Assembly (NCBI GenBank): GCA_037379345.1
Contig: CM074515.1
Location: 13,578,001 to 13,642,000 of the forward strand
Origin: Perna viridis
Taxonomy: Eukaryota
Length of the DNA stretch: 64,000 bases
Reading direction: 5' to 3'
The notes beneath the pieces are model-generated. The model saw nothing but the letters and a program-made list of their open reading frames with translations, was not told the origin of the DNA and did no database searches. Below are positions 37,152 to 51,967 of this stretch, in pieces; position 1 is the first letter of the stretch; each line of letters starts with the position of its first letter. The translations under genes and the position numbers were made by a program.

Positions 37152-39636
37152 TTTAAACTCTTTAAATCACCCCAAGCTTAAACATCATCAAGGTTTTAAG
37201 CCTTTGAATCGTTTTAGTCTTTGAAGCACTTTTGAAAGAGTTGTGTTTGTAGAACTTGCTACTTTCATGCTGTGAAGTAAACGAAGCCGGGACATTAATT
37301 ATGAGATACGATACATTATGCCGACGTTAAGCCTGCAGAGGGTGTGATATGAATACAATGTTACAATATATGTTCAGCCTTGTCACAACATACAGTAACA
37401 TTTGAGACAATTAGATGATCTATGATACATTTAAATTACACAAGATTCTACCACGATTTACATTTAATGCCTACTTAATTCAGCAGATAATTTTATACCA
37501 CATGCTCTCTCACGGTTTTTGTGTCGTCAATCATTATATAACATTTGTATAAACCTCCATTGAATTCTGCTCAGACACAAGTGAAAAACACCAAAGCCTT
37601 TCTTTCATTGCATGTACAAGTATATGATATTTTAGTTAGAATGTTGTATCTAGAAGTATTAAGCAGGTCACTATATATCAGCCACACAAGCAATAGACCC
37701 ATTCGTCCTACATTTCTGAGCCACTCAGGAAGTATTTCCGCAGACTAGAAGCAACATGCACTTTCCCGTTAAAATTTGTTGTAAATTGTCTTCAGTTTTT
37801 ACTGGAAGGTGTACATGTAGCATTAACCAATTGAGCCTGAAAATTAGCATGAAAGAAGTATCCTATTTTAAGAACAATAAAGTTAATAGTTTTTGGAGCG
37901 AAGGAGTTCTGAAATGATAAAAAATGAAATCGATAGGCCATGAACAAGAATTATGAACAAAAAAAAGAGCAGTCCGTAGTGCATACAAAACTCGAACTAT
38001 GTAGGTAGCGGTAGATTAAGTGCCCTTTACTTTTTTCTAGAAACAGCCGAAAATGGTCTATAGTGGAAGGTATAGGAGAGGTACTTTATTTTTGAGAGTA
38101 TTAAGCCAATTTTATTTTACAATTGAACTTTAACCCTTGAGTATCAGATAATATAGCTATTCCAATATTCACAACGTGATTTATACCCGAAGCCATCCTA
38201 CTACTCAAATATTGCTAACGTTCTCTTTTTACAAAAATGAACATATTTTTCATATTCGTGAATACAAATATGGTTTCTGCTTGTCGTTTTCCTGCGATTA
38301 ACGAAACAAAAAAGTATTGTGTTCACATTTCATGTTAGTTGATTGGTTTAATGCCAAGTAAAACATCTGTAGAAACATGTAGACAGAATTCAAGGAATTT
38401 TTTTTCCGCTGACAAACAAAATTTTATTCTAGTGAAACGTCCATTTGTACCAAAATCCTCTGCAATGTCCTATAAAACAATTGAAAAAGGATAATAGTTC
38501 TTTCTAAACACTTAAAGATCTAAACCGCAACAGCTCTTACTGGAGAAACTACAAATAAATAGAAATTCAAAAATGAGATGAACGTATGACAAAAAGACAA
38601 AATGTGACAAATGAAAATCAGAATAAGAAGAAAACAGGAAAGGACAACACTATCTCCATTGAAGGAGTATCCGGATTCGATAGCCACTATCTTGTCTGTT
38701 GTATGCAGTATTCTATACCCTTACTATTGGACAAAAATGGGCTTACTTGGTGAATTACATTATCCAAAAAAAATGTTGTAAAGTTTCTTTTTAAGAAAAA
38801 TATTTATAGCTTATATGTTAATGTAGTTGGAACTAAAGTCGTATATTAAAAGAAATAAAAACCTGGGTATTCTAGTTCTACCAAGGTGAATATAATATTT
38901 ATGGTAATTTTTGTGTGTAAAATAATAGTTTTATTTATTTTATGAATATTAATACAAAATCTTCGCCTTAATATGTCATGGGCGTTCGTTCAAGTCTTGT
39001 CACTGTCTGCTACTTACACGAGAAGCTATCATTAATTCTGTGACTGTGGATTCTTATTTCGCTGGTAACACTGTCTTCACATAAAGAACTTGATCTTTTT
39101 GGTGACCCCATATATTCTTCAAAATATCGTATTACGTGAAAGTAAACAAAGTATGTTTTCTTGTCTGTAAGATGAGTACTCGGAGTAAACTAAATAAGAG
39201 ACTTCAAGTAGATTTAATAATTTACAAGAAAAATATAAAAACATAGAATTATCCTATTAAATTTATTTAGCTCGAGGGTGGTGAATATGAACTCTGTCAG
39301 AGTACCCTAAAATCATCGTAATGAGACGACACACAATGACTATTTTAAAGTCATCATTTTGCTATCTTTTTGATCAAATTTAATAAAATTAATCTTAGAC
39401 CAAGACACTCGTTGTATGCCTTTGTGTCTTTTCAGCTCTCCTGATTTTTAATGGACGTTTAATACCCGATTCTCAGATTATCATCATGAATGAAAAAATT
39501 AAATACAACGAGAAATTTAACACTAATATAATGATGTAATGATTATGTGCTGTGATGGATTGCCCCAGACCACCAGGATAAAAAACTGTACATCATGTAC
39601 TGAAATAAAATACATCCATATACAAAAACAATTCAT

Positions 39637-39845
39637 ATCGGGATAAGTGGAGAAATACTGTTCTGAGAGACTGTTATCAAAATCACCAAATCGGGATAGG
39701 TGGAGAAATACTGTTCTGAGATACTGCTATCAAAATCACCAAATCGGGATAGGTGGAGAAATACTGTTCTGAGAGACTGTTATCAAAATCACCACATCGG
39801 GATAGGTGGAGAAATTGTTCTCAGAGACTGTCATCAAAAGCACCC
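39637..39845. repeat. 53-bp minisatellite, 4 copies
   Basis: ATCGGGATAGGTGGAGAAATACTGTTCTGAGAGACTGTTATCAAAATCACCAA at 39637, 39690, 39743 and 39796. Confidence 0.95.
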
Positions 39846-41377
39846 TAAAAAATTAGAATACCCGTCTTTTATGTATCCTATAATGTACATTGTAGATTAG
39901 TTAAAACAAAACCATCATTGATTATAAAAAGATGTACACATAACGTGCCCCAGTAGGCTAAGCGTCTTTTGATTAAGGCTTGTAAAACATTTTTTTTGTT
40001 TTTTTTGTTTTTGTTTTTTGTTTTTTGTTTGTTTTATTTATTCAATTTGTATCAATTTCGGGTGTATTTGTAATTTCAATTATCAGTACCTTATTTTATG
40101 AATCGTTAACATCAAAAGGGCAGCTTAGTTGTCAGTTGTAGTTCTTAAGCTTTTTTTGTTTTTGTTTTTGTTTTTTTATTATTTTTATTAAATAGCATTT
40201 GACAAATCCAGGTAAAACACAAATGAATAATTCCCTATTATTAAGAAAATTAGGCGACATAGACCCAACTCATGAATGAAATGGGTCCAATTTATTTTCG
40301 ATTATTTAATTGGTTTTATTCAGTTAATGTATTAATCGCTATAGTATTTTAGTTGTTTCAATTAATGAATCACAAAATTGAGAAATTTGCATTAAAATAT
40401 ACATTCCGTGAGAATATTGGGTTTACAATGACTTAATCCTCCTGAATTGCAATGGTTAACCGAGTGTTTACGAAATCAAAACTTGCATCTTTTAACATAA
40501 CCTGCATATGTGACTGAGGTGTCATAAAATACCAACGTCATTTGTTAATAATTTAAATTTTAAGAGGTAAATAATTATTCCAAGTTAGGTTTTGCTTTGG
40601 CTTATTATCAGGACCAAACTCATCGAAGTGTTATGACATATTCCTGTGATTAATCGTAGTCTGACAACTAAGTTTGTAATCAAACACAGATACAACCAAC
40701 TCCTATGTGTCTGTGGTTATACTAAAAAGATAATATCATATCAGTTATTTCGATTTAAATTGTAGTTTGCCATAATTGTTTTCTTCTCCTGTTTTGGTTT
40801 TGACTAAACTTCTGTATAAACGGGAGTTAACTTTGTAGACCAACGGTGTTTTAAGTGGTATTTGGTCTATTTGTAGAACGAGACCGCGCGATAAATAAAG
40901 TGTGAAAGTTGTACAAAGATAAAGCGTTGACTGAAATAGAATACCCTTGTAAGGTTGTAGATATTGGGTATTATAATTATACACGGTTGTACATTCGTTT
41001 TTATCTGATTATCAAAACTGATTGGTGAAATATTAGTACTTTTTGTGGACAAGACACATTTTTTGATTTATCGACAAAAAAAGATGCTCCGAAATAGATA
41101 GTTTTACTCCACTCTAACAAATTACTTGCGCTTCTGATATATTTGCACATGAAATTCATAAATATGATTTTTTAAGTTCCTCCCACGTTTCAAACTTTAT
41201 ATTATTATACATAATAGATTTCCTTTCAATACTACCCGAGAGCTCTGATAGTACCCTTGTTGACAATAAACTCGGAAATACCGAATAATGTAAGGAATTG
41301 ATATATGTTTCAACATTTAAAGCAAAATTTTATCTACAAGATCTAGCTAGAAATAGTGAACCGAAAATATGTTATGC

Positions 41378-41512
41378 ATTTGGCTTACAGAGTTATGAAT
41401 ATCGACTTCTGACTAATAGAGTTGCGGCTATCGACCTTTGACTTTCACGTTATGAATATGAACCTTTGGCTTTGAGGGTTAGGAATATCGACCTTAGACT
41501 TTCAGGGTTATG
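41378..41512. repeat. Degenerate ~29-bp tandem repeat
   Basis: GACTTTCAGGGTTATGAATATCGACCTTT-like units, about 4-5 copies. Confidence 0.7.
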
Positions 41513-42620
41513 ATGATGGATATTGTAATTGCCTCTGATTGCATTTTCAATACCTCAAATGAAACTGTTTCAAATTAATAACTTCAAAGTGTATTACTGG
41601 TGGTATTTTTTCTTCATTCAGTACCTCATTATACAATATTCAGGGGGATTTTTTATTATCATCATTATTTTCATTATTCATTTTATTCCTTAATCTAATT
41701 AAAATTTAATATAAGTCTGAAATGATGGTACATGTTTTCATTCGATTGGTCCGTCCGCCAGTCATCGCATAGTTTGGTTTTACGCCAGTAAAGATATCTT
41801 TTTCAGTACAGGTTGATTATAACTTAATACATGTTATATTACATCTCTCTGGTATCGTGATGACTAAGAAATCATTTTGATAAATATTATTTGTTATTTT
41901 AGAGAAAATTGGATGCACTTGCTACTGATCGGTTGTATTTGTTAATTTTTATAACAGGCTTTGCATGGCTGGCAAATTGGTTGAGTTGGATTTTTTATTT
42001 TCTAAATTTGCAGGCTAGAAAATTTATTTTTAATTACATCTGTAATTTAGGGATGAATTTATTTTTGTTTCGCTGTAGTTAGGACTGATGCCCAGAATTT
42101 TTATTCGAATTGTTGTGACATGTAGTTCAGAATATAATATTTATTATCAACTTTTTCAACCGAAGATATTTATTTCTAGTCTGTGCTCCCCACTATACCC
42201 ACAATCAATTGGTTAAATGGTTTTCCCGTAAGGGAAGTCTGGAACCCTATCCAACTATAAGCAAAGGTTTTAGAAAATATGGATGGAGATATCAGTTTGC
42301 GCAAATTCTTCGCCACAACTTAATCTCGCCTGTTACATTTGTGCTAAGTGTTTTTTTTTAAAAGGGAACTTATTTGCACCATAAATTAAATCTATTTTAT
42401 TTATTTATTTCATTTATTTATTTATTTATTTTTTAAATATTTTTTTATCTACTTACTTACTTACTCATCTAAGTATCTTTAATATATAGTTGTAATTTTC
42501 TTTTTTTTTTATTTGTTTGTAAATTATATTTTGGTGTTATTTTTTTTAATATGGTTGTTTTTGTTTTGTTTTATTTAATTTGGATATGCAAAAAGTAGTT
42601 GTTTGTTTGTTTTGTTTGTT

Positions 42621-42652
<32 letters not shown>

Positions 42653-42683
42653 TTATAATTTTTTTGTCACAAGTTTTTTTAAG

Positions 42684-43414
42684 GGAGGGGGGTGTTCTAA
42701 GATATGTCCTAAGTCACGTCCTAAAACCAACTTTAGGATGGAGTTAGGATCATCTTATGACAATGTTAGGTTGTGTCTCGAAGCTATCTCAGACATGTCT
42801 CAAGTTAAGACGTCATAAAGACATCCTAAGTATATTCTGTGAAATGTTTAAATTATTACTTATATTATATTTTTATTTAAAAAAATAATAAATACAGGTA
42901 AATGGTTGATATTGTTATATCAAATATACAAAAATGCATATATGATAAAGCAAAAACCATATGATTATCGGAGAGGGGGGCTATGGATTTTTTTTCAAAA
43001 AAGTTTAGTTTCACATTTTTTGTGAACCAGAAAAAATCAAATGATTACTTCCTAATTATATGCATGTGAGTGAATTTAAAAAAAGAATAAAGTTATTGAT
43101 TTTCGATTGTTACATTTATGTATTAGAAATAGAATTTATTTAATAAAGTGTCACTGAATCGTGAAACATTCAGGACAAAGTTTAAAATCATGCTCATTCC
43201 TTAAAAATATATTTGAACCGACGCGTATCGGTCATTCTGTGGTAATTTGTTCGATGAGATGATCCTAAGACACCTATTTAGTCGTCCTAAAGTTTGGATG
43301 AAAATTGCGACTCTTCTTAACTAATGATGGCTTCGAGAACACGACTTAGGTCAGAGACGAATCCTAAGATAGTCTTAGGACACGTCTTAAGATAGCTTTG
43401 AGAAACCCACCCCT
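42684..43414. mobile_element. Decayed Harbinger-like non-autonomous element
   Basis: Both ends are rich in CCTAAG/TTAGG/TCTCGAAGC sub-repeats in inverted orientation. The right end is TTTGAGAAACCCACCC-CTG. A related scrap lies at ~18865-18945. Confidence 0.5.
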
Positions 43415-44802
43415 GGTTTGTTTTGGGTGCTTGTTTGTTTGGTTTTGTTAAGTTCATGTTTTCATGTTTTCTCTTCTATGTAGTGTTTACTAGTTTACTA
43501 TCAGGTATTATGGTCTTTCATTTATTTTATTTTATTTTATTTTATAGTGGTCCTTTATTTTTTTCAATGTAGATACCAATTGTCTTTGAAAATATATTTT
43601 ATTTAAATCTTTGAATTATTCTACCTGCAAAAATTAAGAGAAATTTTGATATAAAATCAAGTAGAACTTTACAATAAGTTTCTTTGTCAATTTTTTTTTT
43701 AAATTTAATTATTTTTCAACGCAATGTACAAAACAATTTCATATCATATTAACATTTATGAATTAAATTATTATTATTTAGATATTTTGAACAAAGACTG
43801 AAGTTTAATCACAATTAAGATTTGAAGGCCGATTATGAGATGTTGAAATTGAAAAATAGAATTTTGTCAATCTGGCATGGCATTTTTGTTTTATGACTAT
43901 GCCATATGTTCATGACAAGGACATTAGAAAATCGTTTCAATTTATTTCAAATTTAATTTTAATCTAACAACAAATCAGCATGTTTAATTTGACAATCATG
44001 GATTTGGATCTAATTTTTCTGATAAATCTATACATCAGAACACGATATAGAAATGTAATCCTCATAGATCATAAATATAGAATTGACAAGTGATTAACTG
44101 TATTGTTCTACAAGTCCGTTACAATACATTTGATATAACTGGCCTAACCTGGTCAGATTTACAACATGTACCCGATTATCATATACCTATTGCCCGGTTT
44201 AATTTGACCGTTGACACCTGAGAGCCAAAGGCAATATACTTTCCAAATCATCATATGGATAATTAAACCGTTGACATTGATAAAAGAAATTTACAACTCT
44301 TTTGATCACATATTTATCAATATGGTACTAAGTTTAATTGATTAATTATTCGATAGACACTTTTTAATTTTAAATGGATACGTCCCGCTGTTTCCCGGAC
44401 ATCGGTCGATGTGCGCATCCGAAGTAACGAATCAACTTACTGGTTATTAGCTGTACCGTGAACTCAACGCCTCAAATCAAGATTTCGGTCGTAAATCTTA
44501 AGGTACCCGTGAATGAAAAAGGGGCGGAGATAAAAGTTGTCATCTCATTCGCACCGAAGATTTTATCAAAGAAAAGATAGTGTGAACATCCTACAGTTAT
44601 CTGTTTTAAATACCCAATCGGCATTTGGTTCAACCTTATCACAGTATAGTTAATACCCAACAATAATCAGGTACAGTTAAGTCAGTTGATAAATCCTGAT
44701 GTGAAGTTGTCTTTGCATTTAAAGACGGAAGTCAAAACTAATTGTAAACGAACGTTATTGTTTTATGCCGCTGATAATCGACTGTGCTTAATTGGACTTA
44801 CC

Positions 44803-44862
44803 ATGGCGTTTGCTCACCAATATACGCATGCAGGCACAGCAGCCTCTCTGTCAGGATCACAG
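44803..44862 (+). CDS. Irx: Iroquois homeobox, exon 1 (MAFAHQYTHAGTAASLSGSQ)
   Basis: ACCATGG Kozak context, CAG|GTAGAT donor, phase 0. A short first exon ending in SQ is typical of Irx genes. Confidence 0.75.
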
Positions 44863-46779
44863 GTAGATATAACCTATCATAGTCTAGCCCACCATATTAA
44901 TCAACAGTAATTAGAAAGTTGCATAATGCGCCTAGATGATGTACAACTTAAAATGTAGAGACTTTTTTAAGATATAACTAGAGATGCAACATATTTCAAC
45001 TTGCTCTTTTCTTTCAAATTGTTTCATTCAAAATGTCCGTTGTCTGTTAGATGAAACAATACACCTTAATGTTTCTTTATTAAGGAAAAAATTTACACTA
45101 TAGTGCCTTGCCTTTTGAATTGTTGGAAAACATTGAAATAAACACTGGTAATTCACAAGAATTTCGGAATTGATAAAATTCACCACGAAAGTATTTTTTT
45201 ATTTACAAATATTTTTGTCTAAAAGTAGCATGATTTTCGGGCGCTAAGTATTTAGGGGGGTATAGAATTTAAAGTCTTATAGAAAAAGTATTTTTCATAT
45301 GAAAATTTATCAAGTTATATAAGAAATGTTTGTTGTTCAATGCAAACTTCTCTGTAGTAAGAATAAAGTGTAAAATAAAAAGAAAAAAATTTCCAAATTG
45401 TCACAAATAGTTTGAATTTAAAAAGTTTAAAACTAGTTTGTTTTAATGTCTCATACCTCCATATCAAAGATTTTGATTGACACAAATATTGTATTTGAAA
45501 GTGTCTTCGAATTATTGTTTTGTTTGGAAAAATACTTGTAGTTTGATAGAGAGAAGCGACTACTGACTAAATCTTTCTTTTTGTTTAATTTAAAGGACCG
45601 AACTTCATTTTAGAAAATAATGTTAAAACTAACAAGTGAACATTGCTTATTTTTTAAATTTTATTAGTAACTTACCAATTTGAAACCATGCGTTTTTCAA
45701 AAGCGTTTTCATCTCAAGAATTACTATGAACAAATAATATAAAAATGAATAAAATACAAGGAAACCAAATGCATTTGAAGCAGTTAAGATCCAGTTACTG
45801 TTCTAAACTGCTTAAGCAGAGTTAGATTAGTCGCTGTTTATTTACACATTTAAAGCTGAACGAGCACGTCACAGGGAACCCAGGATATATAGAGAAATAA
45901 AATTATTAGTTACTTGTAAACTACCTTTTAGGTATGAAACTTAAGCTGTTTTTAATTACTTTCTGGGGTAGAAGCTCCGTTCGTCATTTCTGTCGAACCC
46001 TGCATTTCTAATAGCTTTTATTATTTAATCATTCTTCTATGATTAGTTAATGACCTGCAGTGCCGTTATGTTATTTTTGCTGGAAATCCGGTGGATTTAA
46101 GAAAAAATACAAATTTGTACAAAATCAATCGTAAAATCGTATCCGCCCATTCAATGCAAATAACATTGCACAGCAGTTTAATTATCCGAAAATACCATAA
46201 TTTTATACTGTTAGTTACAATAATAAATATTAGAAATTAAAAGATAATCAATGATGCAGAGCATTAACAGCAGTTGTGCTGCAGCATACCGTTTAAACTG
46301 TTAAAGGAGATGTGACAATTAAAAAAAATGAAGTCAATAAATTAATTTCGTTCAGTTGTATTTTATCTTGTCTTAAGTTTAACTCTCGTGGAGAATTTTA
46401 TTTTGCCATTTTACGCCACAGTATTATTTTCTCAACTGTTAAAAACTATATTTGTAATAATTTTTCTCAATAGATTAATAAAAATAGTATTAAAAAAAAT
46501 AAAACATGAAATAATTATGATATGTAATCAATCAAGGCAAAGGTTCAGATCAGTTTAAGCTATGAATTTCATTCAGAATGACATTTTTTTACATTAAAAC
46601 ATTTATTTTTTTATGTGTATCTATTTCATAGCTGTTTAAGTAGATAACACCTACTGTTCTATTTGTCTGTAAAGTCATGATTGAACATCTATTATTGTAT
46701 GTTATGGAACACAATGTTGAATTTTGGGTTTGGAGCATTTTGTTTTCTTTATTTCATAATATATTAATATATATTATAG

Positions 46780-46980
46780 GTCATGTTGACTACAAAATCA
46801 TCACACTCCCCTACCTCCCCTCCAGGACTGGACCACGCTAGAACTCTAATGCATGAATCTGGACTGCCTCTCCTACACTTCCTACCTCGTATAAACGGAC
46901 TTACTCCAGAATCAATGTTTGGACAAGGATCACTGACACCTAATGGACTAGGTGTTGAACCTTCAGCATTCTACCCAATG
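46780..46980 (+). CDS. Irx: Iroquois homeobox, exon 2
   Basis: TATAG acceptor. VMLTTKSS...LGVEPSAFYPM contains the Irx-like SAFYP motif. GTTGGT donor, phase 0. Confidence 0.85.
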
Positions 46981-47326
46981 GTTGGTATTGCATTTGTCAT
47001 TTTTCAGACTGCTCCTTCTCTGTGCCGAACTGTATTTAATTCATTGTAACTATGATAATATTATTAAAAATCATACTTTCGTCATAGAATATTAATTGGC
47101 ATATTTAAGTTCACCAAATTTTATCTCTAGAATGTTATGGAGGTAGCATGATGAAAAATATAAATGCGCAAACAAATACAACCAGAAGGAAAGTCTTGGA
47201 AGGTGACATCTTTTGACTTATATTTGAAAAAGAAATATTTTCATAAGATGGTATTATCCTTTATGACAGATGTTTTCATTGAAGCAAGGTTTGTTGAATA
47301 ACATTCTTTTGTCTTTGTATTAACAG

Positions 47327-47442
47327 GCAAATCCTCCTGGACATCTTCCTGGCACTCCGGAACAATGGAAAGGATTGCCTGGTCAGACACCTGTTGTCTA
47401 TCCGTTTGATCCCATGCTTGCTGTTCACCCTTACGCATCTTT
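47327..47442 (+). CDS. Irx: Iroquois homeobox, exon 3 (not in the ORF track)
   Basis: TAACAG acceptor. ANPPGHLPGTPEQWKGLPGQTPVVYPFDPMLAVHPYAS contains a YPxDP..L..PY motif. GTAAGT donor, phase 2. Confidence 0.85.
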
Positions 47443-48649
47443 GTAAGTTATCGGAATATTGTAGTACAGTAACTACTAATGATCTTAAGTCACAGCTTAG
47501 CTTTACTGCTGTGTGCAAACGTATGTATATGGTAGTAGCCTCTTACCTAATTATAGGAAATAACAAAATTCAAGGCAACATCAAAAAGAATAGTCAAAAG
47601 AAGGAAAGTCTATGTAACAAATTGCAATGTGGGAAAACCTATCAGATTTTAAACAACGTTCGTTTTTTGTATGAAAAATAGGTCTTTCCATCTTTGCTGT
47701 GAGTTACATAAAAGATCACGCGTTAGTAAAAATCTAAATGTGTTTTTACAAATACTAAAGAGAGTAAAAGCTGTATAACACTAACAGACAAACTGACATA
47801 AAGAAGGAGACACGATTAATTCAACAAGACGATATTATTCATATTTGAGATCAACAAAGAAATAGCATTTGGAAACATTTCTATATTCAGGATCAACAAG
47901 CTTTCGGAATTATCATTTTAGGGAAATGATGGCGCTCTGAGAAATATAGGACTTTCTTTTTTTAACCATTAGTTTTAATAAATTCTTACTTTTACAATAA
48001 CTAATGTTTCATTTTATTTTGTTTTTTCCGTAAATTTAATTATTTATTTTTTATTGATTTATTTTTTTATATTGATGTAAATGATTGTGTTTATTTTTTG
48101 TTGTTATTTTTCTTTCTCTTTTTTTTTTTTTTGGTTAGTTTGTTGTGTTTTTAACGGATATTTTTGTAGGAATTGATGCTATTCAATAATTTTTTACCTT
48201 AAATTAAATGAACTGCAGTGTTTAGAGGAAACCCCATCATAAACACACAATCATGTTGATCTATACTGAACAATGAAACAATTTTACCGATTAATAATTC
48301 GTCATGTAAATAAATTACATCATATAGATAATCACTTTGTTTCTGAACAAATTAATTATTGCGTTAATATTATTATAACTTGACTCGTATTTTTTATATT
48401 GTTCATTTGTCTTAAATTAACACCACCAAAAACAATATTTTTGATATCACTTTAAGCAACAGATTTTCTATAGTCATTACATTTGATAATGTCATCAATG
48501 TTGAATGTTGCTGTTGTCAATGAATGCATCCTTTATTGTTGGTTACATTTTTTTACATTTTAGAATACGTTTTTGTCTACACTTTCTTCTATTTAGTGAT
48601 TAAAAAAAGGATTGACGATTTGAATTAATGCTGATAATTTTTCTTATAG

Positions 48650-48942
48650 CTATGGTGGTTTGGATCTGAACAATGCAGCACGTAGGAAGAATGCAACGAG
48701 AGAAACCACTAGTGCACTAAAGGCATGGTTGTATGAGCATAGGAAAAACCCATACCCCACAAAGGGCGAAAAGATCATGCTAGCTATAATCACCAAAATG
48801 ACACTCACTCAGGTTTCAACTTGGTTTGCGAACGCCAGGCGGCGTCTGAAGAAGGAGAGTAAATCCTGGAATGGCAAGGACAGAGATTTGGATGATAGTG
48901 ATATCGAGGCAGATGGCGTTGAAGGAACCAATCGTAACCAAG
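48650..48942 (+). CDS. Irx: Iroquois homeobox, exon 4 (TALE homeodomain)
   Basis: [74 protein letters not shown] acceptor, G|GTTAGT donor. Confidence 0.98.
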
Positions 48943-51345
48943 GTTAGTATTTTACTGCTGAAAAGTGACCTTTCACAAATAACTGACCAATCGATATCTT
49001 CAATGTCTAACGTAAAAAATCTGGTATAAACAAGATAAGGGAATTGTTTACAATTATTAACATATAATTTCACATTCGTGTTAGATTGAAAATAGGATAA
49101 GAACAAATTAAGACAGATATTGTTTTTACGGAAAAAATAGAGGTCATTTACAAAACTGTAAATTACCGTAATTTACTTTAATTACACTACAATGTCCTCT
49201 GTACAACTAAACACGCATTAATTTGGTATTCGCAACTGTATTTTATAATCATTTAACATATTGGAGCAAATTAAAAGAGTAATAAAAAGGAAACTATAAA
49301 CTGTTTAGCAACCCATCAAACTGACTTGATATGTTTATTTCTGTCACATATAGATTTTAAATTTGTTATGAGGTACACGTTTTTTTTGGCATCAGTTTTC
49401 TTTGCTGCCTGTACACGGTTTGTTCGTTTGTTAAATGATCTTATCTAGACCACAACACTTCTTTGTTTAAACAGAGCTGATCTATTTTATTTCTCAGGGA
49501 AGAAAAACATAGGCCAAGATTTTATGAGCTGCGTTAATCTCAAAACTATTAAGTTACAACAAATTATAAGATAAACATCTCAAGAAGCGATAGCCTTACA
49601 TAAATTGAATATTTTAATTTTCTCAAGTCATTGTAAGTTTTATGATAAAACATTATTTAAAAATGTTAATGTATTTTGCAGATATAATAAGGCGACATAC
49701 ATTAATATAGGACATAATATAAGATTTAAATCTTTTATATTGATGTTGTCACTTAAAGAATTTACATTGTAGGACAATCAGGGTTTCTTGTTCGACTATT
49801 AATAATTGTCGCTTGTAGGTGTCTGGTAGCAACTTGCAAAAAAGACCGTCCCGTATCCATTTATAGTAGACTCATCTCATGTTTCTATTTTCTCAAGTCA
49901 TAAATTCACGTAACACCTATCCCATGTTTTTGTATTGAATTGTCTAATATGACCATTTTAATGTTGAAACGACGTATAAGTACAGGAGAAGAGGTGTCAG
50001 GGATGTGGTGAATGATGCGTTCTATACATTTTGTAAATTCAAACGGAATTTTATCTGTAACTTGTTAGGGATCAAGCGCACTTCTAAAGGAAAAATGTCT
50101 TTTCTTCTCGGCATGTTCGCCACGATCAGGTCAGCGGTACAATGGCCGGTGGTATGATCTCTCGACAACAGAGTGTTTTATTACGATTGTTCAGATCTAC
50201 AAGCAACCAGCCGAGTTTGAAATTTTTTTCAGCATGTTCTTAACCAAACAACAGTTTTAGTAAATTGAAATCCATTATATGTTAAATTTCGTTTGACATT
50301 GTATTGATTTATATAAACGTGATCCACTGTAGCGTAGGAAACGCATTGATCCATATCAAATCTACTGTCACCTACCGGCCTCTCTAAGGACGGAACCGAA
50401 CATGACATTGCTTTCTTTATCTAATTTATCTTGTCTTTTAAAATGGAATTAATTTGATGTCTCAACATAATGAGAAAGCACCATCCTACCTACCCGATAT
50501 TAAATGTCTAGCAAACCCTGATTTGTTTGGCCATCATACTTTGCCGGAGATGTTATCATATCCCTATCCGACAAGACTCGGGTAGGATTACCCTTATTAG
50601 AAATGGTAATGAAGTTCCTAAGTGATTTAATGTAGTGATAACATATTTTATTTTTCACCTATAATATAAGCGTTTTTAAGACGTTGATTAATGATCTGGA
50701 ATTAAATACCGCGATAAATTACGAGAAGTGTTTACATTCAGCTGCCAATACTTCAATTTCAATTTAAAGCTGTTACCTGTCAAAATCCGTCAAATTTTAT
50801 CATCCTTAACAAATGATACTGCCATTAAGATAATAAATCCTAGATTGATAAAACTTCAATCTACCTTATATTCCTTATCTCAACATAATTGCAAAAAAGT
50901 ACGATATTCTCATTATCAAAATATGGTTAAATGACAAGGCTTTAAAATTAACATAAATATGGCCATTTCAGTCGTGTGTAGGTGTGGTTGCTCTGTCAAA
51001 AATTTAAAATTTATGGCCTGCAAATGGATGCCTAGATGCTATCGGGTGTTTTATATGATATTTTCCAAAATATTTTGTCAAGAATATTCTTTACTAATTA
51101 CTACCCATCCGCGCACATTATGCATTAGTGAAAACATCCTAGTCAAATTCTAGTCCTACATAAACATGAATTTAAGACGAGTTTTTAAAATTTGTTTTAG
51201 GCGAACTATGAGGGAGGCGGAGCTTTAAACAGTCACGTGGGATATTTACATAGTAAATTTAAACGACAATGTCAACATTACAATCAATTTGATTTATCAA
51301 ATATCAAGTGATTGATTTTGCAACTTTTTTTTGTTATTGTTTCAG

Positions 51346-51932
51346 GGAATTCGTTGATGACATCATTTACATTCAACGATGACGATGATGACGACGAAGA
51401 CATCGATGTAAAAGTAACGTCAGACCTGTCTGATATTTCAGATGCAGAAGACGATCATCAAAACGGAAGAACTACTGAAAATAACAGTCGACTTAGTGTG
51501 CAATCAGACTTATCATCAACGTCATTCAACTGCGAAAGCAGATTATCTATTTCATCACCGGACTCCAACACAAACCAAGACAATTCTAGGAAAGACCAGG
51601 ATAATTCTAGAACAGATCAGGACAATTCTAGATCAAGCCAAGGTAACTCAGGGTTAACTTTATCCACAGCTGGTAGACCAAGAATATGGTCAATAGAGGA
51701 AATCATGAACACAGACTCATCAAAATCTAAATCAACATCTCATCAACAACAACTTTCTTCCACAATACAATGTCGTTCAAGAAATGTGACCAAAACGGAG
51801 CAGGATAGTCAAACAGACAATATTGATTCAAATAGATATACTTTGAATGGTCTTAAACAATCAAATTCAACATGCTCTACAACACGGACGGAGACTGCCA
51901 CTGCACCTTGTGAATCAAACAGAACCTCATAA
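51346..51932 (+). CDS. Irx: Iroquois homeobox, exon 5 (acidic tract and IRO box)
   Basis: TTTCAG acceptor, phase 1. DDDDDDEDIDV acidic tract and IRO box RPRIWSIEEIM. Total CDS 1257 nt = 418 aa. AATAAA at 52440-52445. Confidence 0.9.
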
Positions 51933-51967
51933 CATAGAGTACAGAAAGATGAATGATGACTGATTTT

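Noticed and set aside
39637-39845. Regular repeats resembling CRISPR arrays (also 52-53.8 kb and 57.7 kb)
   Set aside because: Head-to-tail units without unique spacers, eukaryotic context and no cas genes. These are minisatellites.
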